Of a DNA stretch of 32,000 bases, positions 17,531-26,030 are shown piece by piece. The first letter of the stretch is position 1. Each line of letters starts with the position of its first letter. Both the position numbers and the translations under genes were made by a program. The notes beneath the pieces were generated by a model that saw only the letters and a list, made by a program, of their open reading frames with translations, was not told the origin of the DNA and ran no database searches. Origin of the DNA: Pirellula staleyi DSM 6068 (lineage in GTDB: Bacteria; Planctomycetota; Planctomycetia; Pirellulales; Pirellulaceae); NCBI GenBank assembly GCA_000025185.1, contig CP001848.1, positions 4,680,001 to 4,712,000 on the forward strand, in the 5' to 3' direction.

Positions 17531-17983
17531 TTACTGCGAATCAGTTTTCGATGCTACTTCCGTAGCGGGCTGAGCAGCAGGTTCGGTCGACTTTTTGGCG
17601 GCTGCCGTCGCGCGAGCCAGCATTCCCTGAACATGCCCCTCGCTCACCGCACCAGTCACCTGCTCGCGGTGCCAGCCATCGGCCGTTTTACTGAACACAA
17701 TGACCTGAGGAATCGAGTTGCCACGCATCATTTGACGGGCCAGAGCAGCATCGCGATCGGCGTCGATCACGGCGTAGTTCACATCCTTCAGCCGACCACC
17801 TTGCTCCATGCCAGCCAGCACGCTGTGTTTCATCGTGCGGCACCCGGGGCACCAGTCGGCACCAATCAGCACCAGCAGAGGCTGGCCATCGGCTTTGGCA
17901 GAAGTGAGAGCTTGGTCATAGGGCTGAGCACTGGTGGTGAGCAGTGCCATTTGCAACAAGATACCGGCGGCCAATCCCGTCAT
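17531..17983 (-). CDS. Exported thioredoxin-fold protein with a WCPGC active site
   Basis: ORF 17531..18229. I prefer ATG 17983, which gives the signal peptide MTGLAAGILLQMALLTTSAQP. This is followed by LLVLIGADWCPGCRTMK and IPQVIVF. The upstream 82 codons of the longer ORF do not look protein-like. Confidence 0.85.
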   Translation of the reverse strand: MTGLAAGILLQMALLTTSAQPYDQALTSAKADGQPLLVLIGADWCPGCRTMKHSVLAGMEQGGRLKDVNYAVIDADRDAALARQMMRGNSIPQVIVFSKTADGWHREQVTGAVSEGHVQGMLARATAAAKKSTEPAAQPATEVASKTDSQ

Positions 17984-18584
17984 CGTCGAGGCTCCTGGTG
18001 GGTCGTCGTCCGAGTCGGACGAACGGTAGATTCCTGGTTGGTGTTTCCGTTTGAGGAAGATTCCTGCTCGAGGCTCCCAAAGAGAGGATGGGTAGCCTTG
18101 AGGAAGTTGCGAGTATAGGCAAATTATTCTGTTGTGCCAGAATCTTTTTCCCATCATTCCCAAATTTCTTTTTCGACTCGTTATTCCACTCAGAGGCACC
18201 CAGAAATGTGCGTTTTTGAGACATCGCACAATGCAGCTCGCCAGTCATGCGAAGATCGAATCAGCAGCAGCTGATGCAGTAGGGTAGCGAGTCAAATCGC
18301 AAGGGTATTTGCTCGCAGGTTACTCTCCGGGAACGACCGAAGTGCTTATCCGGTATTCTCTTTGGACGCGCGGCAATCTCCGTTTCCCCGCACTAGGCCC
18401 GATCGCATGCGGACGAAGTAACTTGCCAAATTTTCTCGCAAAGATAGCGGTGCGCGCGGGGAAGAATCGCGTTATACTCTTGGCCTGATAGCGATTTACG
18501 ACCATTTCGGATTAACGTACATCTGGGCCGCTGCGGACCATCGTCGACCGGCAGTTTGGTACCTCTCGGCTTTGCGAGTGATTC

Positions 18585-19622
18585 ATGCGACTGCGTGCTG
18601 GCATCGTCGGTCTTGGCGAAACGTGGGAAAACCGCCACCGGCCAGCCTTACGGGCTCTTTCCGACAGGTTTGAAGTCCGTGCGGTTTGCAGCGAAGTCTC
18701 GCACCTTGCCGAACAAGCCGCCCGCGAATTCAACGCCACACCGATGGATGGCTTTCGCGCCCTCTGCTGCCGCGACGATCTCGATGTCGTCTTGATCCTG
18801 TCGCCCGAATGGTACGGCCCGCTTCCGATCCTCGCCGCTTGCGATAGTGGAAAAAGTGTCTACTGCGGCGCTGCACTCGACATCGACGACCCTCGCGAAG
18901 CCTCGCGATTGAAGTCGCGCGTCGAAGATTCCGGCATCGCATTCATGGCCGAATTGCCGCGCCGGCTCGCGCCCGCCACGATTCGCCTCAAAGAGCTAAT
19001 CGCCACACGTCTGGGCAAGCCCAAGCTGCTGTTTTGCCATCGCCGCTCTACGGTCGAACCGGCTGGCACCACGCGCAAACGACCCTCGCGACTCTGCCCC
19101 ACGATGCAGCGAGAAATGATCGAGCAGGTCGATTGGTGCCGCTATGTGGCTGGCATGGAACCAACTTCAGTCATCGGCATCTCGCATTGCTCGTCGCTGG
19201 TTGCCGATGGCGACGACTACCAAATGATGAGCCTCGATTTCAGCCCGGGTGGAAAGATTGGCGAAGGCCCCACCGCCCAAATCAGTTGCGGCCGCTACAT
19301 GCCTGGCAATTGGCCCGAAGCAGTGGCGTTTCGACCACCAGCCGCTCTGCAAGTCTGCTGTGAGCGGGGAGTCGCGTTCATCGATCTCCCCTCATCCCTC
19401 ACCTGGTTCGATGAAGCTGGTCGGCACATGGAATCACTCGAGAGCGAGCGACCCGTTGGCGAGCGGATGTTGATGCACTTCTACCGAGCTGTGACGAGCC
19501 TGTTGCGAAAAACCAACGACCTCGAAGATGCTTATCGCGCCTTGTCGATCGTAATTTCGGCTCGCGAAAGCTGCCAAAGCGGGCAGCGGATCTTCCTGCC
19601 CGGCGACGAAGCATCCAGCTAG
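18585..19622 (+). CDS. Gfo/Idh/MocA family oxidoreductase
   Basis: ORF track. The N-terminal Rossmann pattern MRLRAGIVGLGETWENRHRPAL...FEVRAVCS...DLDVVLILSPEWYGPLPILAACDSGKSVYC fits the family. Confidence 0.85.
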   Translation: MRLRAGIVGLGETWENRHRPALRALSDRFEVRAVCSEVSHLAEQAAREFNATPMDGFRALCCRDDLDVVLILSPEWYGPLPILAACDSGKSVYCGAALDIDDPREASRLKSRVEDSGIAFMAELPRRLAPATIRLKELIATRLGKPKLLFCHRRSTVEPAGTTRKRPSRLCPTMQREMIEQVDWCRYVAGMEPTSVIGISHCSSLVADGDDYQMMSLDFSPGGKIGEGPTAQISCGRYMPGNWPEAVAFRPPAALQVCCERGVAFIDLPSSLTWFDEAGRHMESLESERPVGERMLMHFYRAVTSLLRKTNDLEDAYRALSIVISARESCQSGQRIFLPGDEASS

Positions 19623-20053
19623 AGCGCGCTCAGTTCGAGTGGAATGTCGTTCGAGCCCGCCTTCACCGTCACTCGCAAGGGACTTTGCCCCTTGTCGGAA
19701 TACTTGATCGGCGACGTCACCTTGGGTGGTAAGGGTGCCGCGCCAGGCTGCAGCGGCACTTCTTCAGTCACCACCACGGTGACTACATAATCGCCCGGCA
19801 ATAGCCCAGCATCGGTGCCAGTGCTGAGTTGGTATTTCCCCGATCCATCGACGACCCCATAAGCTGCCGTACCTTTTCCAACCGGATGAAAGGCAACATC
19901 CCCCTTGGTCAGCGGCGCGCCGTCGAGTTTTACGACGCCTGAAACGCTTGCCTCCAGCCCACCACAACCCGCTGCCACAAGCAACGCGACAGCAGTAACT
20001 AAAGCACCCAAACCACGAAGCGACTGCTTCAAATTCAATACATTAAGCATCAT
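19619..20053 (-). CDS. Small lipoprotein with a carboxypeptidase-regulatory-like beta-sandwich pattern
   Basis: ORF track. It has a lipobox (LLVAAGCGG), then VSGVVKLDGAPL...GSGKYQLS...LLPGDYVVTV. It lies directly downstream of the DUF1559 gene on the same strand. Confidence 0.75.
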   Translation of the reverse strand: MMLNVLNLKQSLRGLGALVTAVALLVAAGCGGLEASVSGVVKLDGAPLTKGDVAFHPVGKGTAAYGVVDGSGKYQLSTGTDAGLLPGDYVVTVVVTEEVPLQPGAAPLPPKVTSPIKYSDKGQSPLRVTVKAGSNDIPLELSAL

Positions 20054-20138
20054 AAATTGACAACAATTTCATGACCAAGATTAGGGAGAGTGACCGCGAG
20101 CTCAAAGCCGCCTATTGATATGAGGCGAAACAATCAAA

Positions 20139-21062
20139 CTAGGGAGGCGAAACAGCTTCTGCACCTGCTTTGGTGGCGAGCGCCTGATAGAGATTAATAT
20201 CAATAGTTTGACTGATATTGCGCACACTACCATCGGCCAAAGCAAATTGAGCAATTCCCGGATGACGACTGCGAAACGTCATCACATTGGGCCAGAACGT
20301 GGGATTCGTTGGTTTAGGAAAGTAGTTAATGGGGCCGTGAGTGCTGCAGTAATCGCCGTTAGCATAATAGGCGACCGAGTGTGTGTTCTCACTCGGAACA
20401 TCTTCGCCGATCATCAGCGTATTGCTGGTCCCATCGGTAACGGCCGCGAACGTTAGGCGGTCTTGATAGTTATTGCGATAGAACATGCCACTGCAGTTAA
20501 TAGTATTATGGCAGTCGGCCGGACCTTGATGAATGCTGGAGCTGCCACCCATGCGATTGTTACCCAGCACCCCCTTATAACTGGTAAGAGCCACTTCAAT
20601 ACCACTCCACTGCGTCCGATCGGTTCGATTCTTTTTCGAGTCGGGATCCGAGGGGCAATAAAGGGCGGGGACTTGTGTTTTCATAGCATTGCGGCACTCG
20701 GCTCGCATAATTCCACCACCGGAATTGAAGTCGCCCACAAACCCAATGCTTAAAGCTTCAAACAGAGGCATTTGCTCCATTTGTGGTAAAATGGAAACTA
20801 TCCACCCCTTGCCATTACGTTCAGCGGTATAGCTCGAGCCTTCTGGCCAGGGGCCGATACTAATGGGAAAGTTTTGAGTGATGTCGTGATAGTTATGAAC
20901 AGCAATCCCCAGTTGTTTGAGATTGTTCGAGCACGACATACGGCGAGCAGCTTCTCGCGCAGCTTGAACAGCAGGGAGCAGCAGCGCTACAAGAACGCCA
21001 ATAATCGCAATCACCACTAACAACTCGACGAGCGTAAACCCTGCAGCTCGAGCGCGACGCAT
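20139..21062 (-). CDS. DUF1559 / H-X9-DG prepilin-type N-terminal cleavage-methylation domain protein
   Basis: ORF track. The N-terminus MRRARAAGFTLVELLVVIAIIGVLVALLLPAVQAAREAARRMSCSNNLKQLGIAVHNYHD carries the prepilin motif G/FTLVE. The C-terminus has H-X9-DG (HPGIAQFALADG). A strong SD-like GGGGTGAGGT sits immediately upstream of the ATG. Confidence 0.93.
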   Translation of the reverse strand: MRRARAAGFTLVELLVVIAIIGVLVALLLPAVQAAREAARRMSCSNNLKQLGIAVHNYHDITQNFPISIGPWPEGSSYTAERNGKGWIVSILPQMEQMPLFEALSIGFVGDFNSGGGIMRAECRNAMKTQVPALYCPSDPDSKKNRTDRTQWSGIEVALTSYKGVLGNNRMGGSSSIHQGPADCHNTINCSGMFYRNNYQDRLTFAAVTDGTSNTLMIGEDVPSENTHSVAYYANGDYCSTHGPINYFPKPTNPTFWPNVMTFRSRHPGIAQFALADGSVRNISQTIDINLYQALATKAGAEAVSPP

Positions 21063-21253
21063 ACCTCACCCCTTAAAGAAAAAATGGAGCGAATTATTCA
21101 GAAACGAACAAATAGATAAGAATGCGTGAATGTTAGTTGGCGGATCGCCGCAGGGTCAAGCGAAATCACGCAATTTCAACACCCAAAGGTAGGGCGTCTA
21201 CGATCGATCGTCGGTATCGATGCGGCTGATACTCTCGCGAACCAGCCAAAGCC

Positions 21254-22633
21254 TTAGGGCTGGTCGAGTCGCGTAATGAAGTTGCCGTTGTGAGCGACTG
21301 GCAGCAAGGCTCGGCAGGGGTGAGGAACGCAGCTGCCACGGCGACCGGCAAAGGGAGTCCAGACCATCTGAATCGCAACGTTCCAGCTATCCTCCTGATA
21401 ATCAGGAACGTTTTCGTCGCCACCCGAGGTGACGTAAATAAACGTGTTCTCGAGGGCCCACTTCTGGTTGAGCTGAATCCGCAGATCGCCCCCCACGAGC
21501 CCCTGGCTTTCACCCGTGAAGCCACCGTAGATACGTCCCTCGCCGCCGCAGCGAAATTGACGCCGAAAGAAGAACGCGTAGAGGTCGGTGATCTCGAAAT
21601 TCACTTCCCGGTCGACGAACGTTTGGCCAGCTGTGCCGGGTATCGTTTGACGAGCGACATCGCTGTCGTCGTTCATTCCTTGCGTGAACCAGAAGCCGAA
21701 CTCATTGCATTCATTCAGGCGGTAACTGATCTCGCCGCGCAGCTGCACTAGATCGACGGCGTAGTCCCATTCGTCGTGCAGATAGTCCATCACCACCCCC
21801 ATTTGCAAACCGCAATCGACGCGGCGATAGAGCCCGGCGGTCACGAACATTTGATTACGGTCGTTCTCGGTGATCGAACTGCCATCGAAGTTGCTATGCG
21901 TACCCGAGACTCCGATCTGTCCAGCAATGCCAAGCAGATAGAGAGGGGTTCCCCAGTTAAAGCCTTCATGAAATCCAAAGCTGCTGGTGCCGCCACGATT
22001 GGCTGGTCCGGTGAAGCCATGCACACCGGCGTGGAGTTCGAGTGTTTCGAGCGTAGGGCAGGGGATGCAGATGCAGCACGGCTTACCTTGGGGAGGACAG
22101 CTGGGGCATCCAAACAAACCACAGCCTCCCGGTCCGCAGACGTTACAGTCGGCCATTGGTCCCGACTGAGGCATGACGCCATAAGGGATTTCACCTTCGT
22201 AGTAGGTTTCGCCGGCCGCCAAGTGAGCTTCGCCGACAACAATCGACTCCCCCTCGGCCATGACGGTCTCGCCGGGGAATGTGTCGTAGGCAGTTTGGCG
22301 AACCGACGAGCGGACACCGGTTCCGACAGCGGTAGCATTCGACTGAGGGCGAGCTCGCTGATTCACCGCCCGACGCTCGGCACGTGGCACACGAGCTGGC
22401 GCTGGCTCGTCGTAGCCCTCTTCTTCATACTCGGCAGAAACGTCGGTCGACTGCTCGTCGTAGGCCACTTCCTGAACTTCGCGAGCCACCGGAGGACGAG
22501 CAGCACGTGCGGCAGGGCGAGTAGGGGACCACTGGGTCGGCCGACTGCTTTGAGCGAATAGCGATCCACCTGCACCTGCGAGCAGCAAGCAGATTGCCGC
22601 GAGGGTGGAGAAGTTTCGGTGGCTGATTCGCAT
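21254..22633 (-). CDS. Secreted protein with an acidic/disordered region, a Cys-rich segment and a C-terminal region resembling an outer-membrane beta-barrel
   Basis: ORF track. The signal peptide is MRISHRNFSTLAAICLLLAGAGGSLFAQ. Nine Cys fall within 30 aa (CNVCGPGGCGLFGCPSCPPQGKPCCICIPCP). About 250 aa of alternating hydrophobic/polar strand-like segments follow (QMFVTAGLYRR, LQMGVVMDYLH, VQLRGEISYRL, EFGFWFTQG, LYAFFFRRQF, LVGGDLRIQL, ALENTFIYVT). Confidence 0.7.
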   Translation of the reverse strand: MRISHRNFSTLAAICLLLAGAGGSLFAQSSRPTQWSPTRPAARAARPPVAREVQEVAYDEQSTDVSAEYEEEGYDEPAPARVPRAERRAVNQRARPQSNATAVGTGVRSSVRQTAYDTFPGETVMAEGESIVVGEAHLAAGETYYEGEIPYGVMPQSGPMADCNVCGPGGCGLFGCPSCPPQGKPCCICIPCPTLETLELHAGVHGFTGPANRGGTSSFGFHEGFNWGTPLYLLGIAGQIGVSGTHSNFDGSSITENDRNQMFVTAGLYRRVDCGLQMGVVMDYLHDEWDYAVDLVQLRGEISYRLNECNEFGFWFTQGMNDDSDVARQTIPGTAGQTFVDREVNFEITDLYAFFFRRQFRCGGEGRIYGGFTGESQGLVGGDLRIQLNQKWALENTFIYVTSGGDENVPDYQEDSWNVAIQMVWTPFAGRRGSCVPHPCRALLPVAHNGNFITRLDQP

Positions 22634-22843
22634 CGCAAAGTTCCTCGAAAAACGTCGCCTCCAACCACTCGCGCCGAAGGGCTACGAGGGTGGGTGGCAG
22701 GTGGCGTTATCGGAGGAGAACCTTGAGAACTTTTGCCAAAATCGGAATATTTTTCCCGACCGGCAAAGTCTGCCGATCTTGCCCACATTCAGGTTGCTCG
22801 ATCGGCAGTTTTGACTGCTAGCGGCCGCTACTGGCGATGCCTG

Positions 22844-23548
22844 CTACTTCGCTGGCGTTTCCGGTTTTTCGACCTTCACACCTCGCACCACGAGGTTGTC
22901 GAAATCGGCGGTATCGTCGAAGGTTCCTAGGCCAACTTGGCCCCAGACAAAGTGCTCGTCCTTAGCGGTCATCACCGGCGTTTTCATGTCGTCGAAGTAG
23001 ACTTCGATCGTTCCATCAGCAACGCGACGCACAACCTTCAGTTCGTGCCAAGCATCGGTCCAAGGAGTTCCCTTGGTGGATGTCAGGCTGATCTTCGTCC
23101 GGGGAGCGTCGTTGACGATGAAAATCTGATTCGCGTGATCATCGGCCTGCTTACCGAGGTGCACATAGTAAAAATGAGCCGGGTCCTGATAGCCGAACAC
23201 CAGACACGCATCCCGATGCCCATAGTCGCTGTGGGTGCTATGCACCTTCACGGTCATTTCGAGATCTCCCACGATCACGCCATCGAGAATCGCAATGTTC
23301 GTGGGGCTGCGATGAGGCGGCTTATAGCCACTCTTCTTCAGATGCTGGCTAATCACATGGGTGTCGCCATCTTTCTTATGCGACCACTGCGCGGGGTCCA
23401 TCGGTTTCCACGAGTCGATTCCCTTCTCGAAATCGTCTTGGTAAACGATCTCGAGGGGCTTGGTTTCTTCCGACATCAGCGTCGTAGCGCCGGTAGCAAG
23501 CAGGAGCAGCAGAGCGGTCGATTGTGAAGCGAGTAGGCGAAGTTTCAT
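22844..23548 (-). CDS. Secreted ConA-like lectin/glucanase-fold protein (DUF1080 / 3-keto-disaccharide hydrolase-like)
   Basis: ORF track. It has a signal peptide (MKLRLLASQSTALLLLLATGATTLMS). The pattern WKPMDPAQWSHKKDGDTHVISQ...GDLEMTVKV...HELKVVRRVADGTIEVYFDD...GQVGLGTFDDTADFDNLVV fits the DUF1080 layout as I remember it. Confidence 0.7.
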   Translation of the reverse strand: MKLRLLASQSTALLLLLATGATTLMSEETKPLEIVYQDDFEKGIDSWKPMDPAQWSHKKDGDTHVISQHLKKSGYKPPHRSPTNIAILDGVIVGDLEMTVKVHSTHSDYGHRDACLVFGYQDPAHFYYVHLGKQADDHANQIFIVNDAPRTKISLTSTKGTPWTDAWHELKVVRRVADGTIEVYFDDMKTPVMTAKDEHFVWGQVGLGTFDDTADFDNLVVRGVKVEKPETPAK

Positions 23549-23639
23549 CGGAGTGGTTCACCGCGTGAGATCGTGGGAGAGGAACAGACAACTTGCGTGC
23601 GAGCAGGTTTTCAAACCGGCTGAGGCATCAGTCAATGGA

Positions 23640-23662
23640 GATCTATCAAATGGAGATAGATC
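23640..23662. promoter_or_regulatory. Perfect 8-bp inverted repeat GATCTATC-N7-GATAGATC
   Basis: gatctatc at 23640-23647 and gatagatc at 23655-23662 are exact reverse complements. AATGGAGAT occurs twice, at 23634-23642 and 23649-23657. The element lies between the stop of the 23708 gene and the start (23548) of the DUF1080-like gene. No T-run follows it on the minus strand, so it looks more like an operator than a terminator. Confidence 0.4.
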
Positions 23663-23707
23663 ATACGTCTGACAAGCGCCGCGCTCGCTCGACAGACAAG
23701 CATCCCT

Positions 23708-24367
23708 TTACTCAGTTTTCTTGGCCTTCGGCTTTTTCTCTTCTTTGGGTTCGGCGTTGCCACCGACGGTAATCACTACCTTTTTGGCCGAAATAGCACC
23801 GGTGGTCGGGCTGATGTAGCCGTCGACTTCTACCGGATCGCCTGGGGACGCGATGGTGTAGTCGATCGATTCGACCATGATCGAAGCGTTCTCTGCGATC
23901 TTGGCAGTAAACTTTTTACGCCCGGCACTCACCGAGATATCGCCCTCTTTGATCTTCGTGAGCTGCCCCGTGATGGTTGCCCCCGAGCCTGAGTCGTCTT
24001 GCAGAATCCCGGGAGGAAAACCATCGTTGGGGGTGAAGATTTTGATGTCGGTGAGAGGCTCTTCGATCTTGGTGCCTTTGATGTTCGATGTAAAGCGAAC
24101 GATCATCCCTGGCTTCAGTTGATCGAGGCGGAGCTTGCCCGTGACGTGCATCACTTGCTGCCCCGCTTTGGCCTTCACGTTGTAGGTTTTGGTGCCATCG
24201 CTCACGACGATGCCTTCGGAGGTAGCCCCGACCACAGTGCCGTTCTTGATGGCGATTCGCTTGGGTGGATCAGCCGCCAGAAGAGCCGAACCGATCGTCA
24301 GAAGCGTAGCTGCGACGGCGACTTTGGCGAGGAAGCTTTGTGGAGAAAAACGGGAATGGAGTGTCAT
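23708..24367 (-). CDS. Secreted hypothetical protein with a Lys-rich C-terminal tail
   Basis: ORF 23708..24601. I prefer ATG 24367 (GGAG 11 nt upstream), which gives the signal peptide MTLHSRFSPQSFLAKVAVAATLLTIGSALLAA. The C-terminus is EPKEEKKPKAKKTE. The upstream 78 codons are Arg/Ala/Ser-rich and do not look protein-like. Confidence 0.75.
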   Translation of the reverse strand: MTLHSRFSPQSFLAKVAVAATLLTIGSALLAADPPKRIAIKNGTVVGATSEGIVVSDGTKTYNVKAKAGQQVMHVTGKLRLDQLKPGMIVRFTSNIKGTKIEEPLTDIKIFTPNDGFPPGILQDDSGSGATITGQLTKIKEGDISVSAGRKKFTAKIAENASIMVESIDYTIASPGDPVEVDGYISPTTGAISAKKVVITVGGNAEPKEEKKPKAKKTE

Positions 24368-24401
24368 GGCCCAAGGCTCCAAAAATCGGCGGAGAAACGA
24401 G

Positions 24402-24433
24402 CGAGCCAGCGATGCTGCGGGTGCGCTGGCTCG
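24402..24433 (-). terminator. GC-rich hairpin (10-bp stem, 12-nt loop) between plsC and the next gene; candidate terminator or 5'-UTR structure
   Basis: cgagccagcg at 24402-24411 is the exact reverse complement of cgctggctcg at 24424-24433. On the minus strand it is followed by a T-rich tract (ctcgtTTCTccgccgaTTTTT), then GGAG and the ATG at 24367. Confidence 0.4.
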
Positions 24434-24572
24434 AAAGCTCGCGGTCAAACGGTAGCCCCAAAGTCTACCGGCTGGCCGGAGCCGATTCCAGCATTTCCAT
24501 GCACTTCGCGCGATAAAGAGGGGGCGCAAGAAAGGCGCGCGTGGTGCTACTTTTGCGCAACTAGTTGCGCCC

Positions 24573-25205
24573 CTACTGGCAAAGCTTGCGCGCTTCAGCA
24601 TGTGCAGCTGCTATGCGGCTGCGAACAATTTTCACGAGTTCGTCGTCGGAAAGAGATTCCATCGACTCGGGCGAAATCGGTTCGCCAATCACCACCGCCA
24701 GCCGACCGAGACGTGGGTATTTTGACTTCCTCGGCCAAACCTGCCACGCGCCGTCGATCCCTACCGGAATCAGAGGCTGCTTGCTACGTCGGGCGATGGA
24801 GCAGAACCCCGACTTGATGGGCAACAGTTCGCCATCTTCAGTGCGCGTCCCTTCCGGGAAAATCAAAACGAGTTCCCCCGCCTTCAATCGACGCAGTGTC
24901 TCTTTGATACCCGAGAGGCCGCTCCCTTCGCGGTCGATCGGAATCGCATCGAGAAATCGAATCAGCCAGCCGAAACGCCCGGTGAAGAGCGTGTCGCGAG
25001 CCAGGTAATTCATGCGCCGCGGGCAAGTCATGCCAACGAGCACCGGATCGAGATAGCTTTGATGATTCGAGCAAACGAGCCCGCCCCCTTCGAGCGGATA
25101 ATGGCTGGTCCCTTGATAGCGCAGGCGATAGAAGAGGACGGCAAAGATGCGCGAGAAGATTCGAAGCGCATCGTAGAACAGCCGCTGGGCAAGTGTCCGT
25201 TTCAC
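24573..25205 (-). CDS. plsC: 1-acyl-sn-glycerol-3-phosphate acyltransferase
   Basis: ORF track. It has the acyltransferase motifs CSNHQSYLDPVLV (NHxxxxD) and LIFPEGTRT. Confidence 0.9.
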   Translation of the reverse strand: MKRTLAQRLFYDALRIFSRIFAVLFYRLRYQGTSHYPLEGGGLVCSNHQSYLDPVLVGMTCPRRMNYLARDTLFTGRFGWLIRFLDAIPIDREGSGLSGIKETLRRLKAGELVLIFPEGTRTEDGELLPIKSGFCSIARRSKQPLIPVGIDGAWQVWPRKSKYPRLGRLAVVIGEPISPESMESLSDDELVKIVRSRIAAAHAEARKLCQ

Positions 25206-25274
25206 GATCGTTCATTCACTCCTGGCACACATAGCATCACGGAAACCTCGACTGTCAAATGCATCAGCGGCGGG

Positions 25275-25946
25275 CTAGCCAGCAGCCGATTGTGAAAGTG
25301 CTTGACACCTGCGAACAATCGCCTCGAGTCGCGCCACCACTTCGGCCGGCGATAGTCCATCGGTGACCACCACTTCCGAGCCCGGAGGCTGTTTCAAAGG
25401 ACCCACGGCACGCGTACTATCGCGATGATCACGCAGGCTCTGCTGCTCGAGCACTTCCTCGAGCGGCGTGGTGTCGCCGCGCTCTTGCAACTGAGCATGG
25501 CGACGTCGAGCCCGCTCGAGTGGCGATGCGGTTAAGAATATCTTGCACTCGGCCTGCGGAAAGACAACTGTCCCTTGATCGCGTCCCTCGGTCACCGTGT
25601 TGCCTCGCGCTCCAATTGCTCGCTGCTGATCGACCATCAGCGAACGAACAGCCGGATTGCTCGCAGCAATGGCAACGTGCTTGTTGACAGCCTGGCTCCG
25701 AATCTCGGCGGTCACTTCTTCGCTGCCGAGCCAAATGCGAGGGCCCGAAAGAGTAATCGTCAGGGTCGCGGCGAGTTGAGCTACTTGATCGGCATCGGCT
25801 TCGGTTAGTTGCTGGCGGAGCGCGGCCAATGTCACTGCGCGATACATCGCGCCCGTATCCAAAAACTGAAAACCGAGTCGCTCGGCCAGCACACGTGCGA
25901 TGCTGCTCTTGCCAGCGCCAGCGGGTCCATCAATCGTGACAATCAT
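25275..25946 (-). CDS. cmk: Cytidylate kinase
   Basis: ORF track. MIVTIDGPAGAGKSSIARVLAERLGFQFLDTGAMYRAVT shows the P-loop and the Cmk N-terminal pattern. EGRDQGTVVFPQAECKIFLTASPLERARRR follows. Confidence 0.95.
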   Translation of the reverse strand: MIVTIDGPAGAGKSSIARVLAERLGFQFLDTGAMYRAVTLAALRQQLTEADADQVAQLAATLTITLSGPRIWLGSEEVTAEIRSQAVNKHVAIAASNPAVRSLMVDQQRAIGARGNTVTEGRDQGTVVFPQAECKIFLTASPLERARRRHAQLQERGDTTPLEEVLEQQSLRDHRDSTRAVGPLKQPPGSEVVVTDGLSPAEVVARLEAIVRRCQALSQSAAG

Positions 25947-26030
25947 GCCTCGTTCCTGCGGGCTCTCAATTCCAAATCACAGCTTTGCTCGGCTACTGAT
26001 CGCATTCATTTGAACTTCTGCCTCGGCAAC

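Noticed and set aside
22819-22830. Perfect 12-bp palindrome TAGCGGCCGCTA just after the DUF1080-like gene stop.
   Set aside because: It is short with no loop or T-run and may be a chance palindrome containing a GCGGCCGC site. It is not enough for a terminator or operator call.
25212-25226. TGGCAC-ACATA-GCAT between plsC and cmk.
   Set aside because: The GC element is 2 nt too close to the GG. It is also on the + strand, with no + strand gene downstream.
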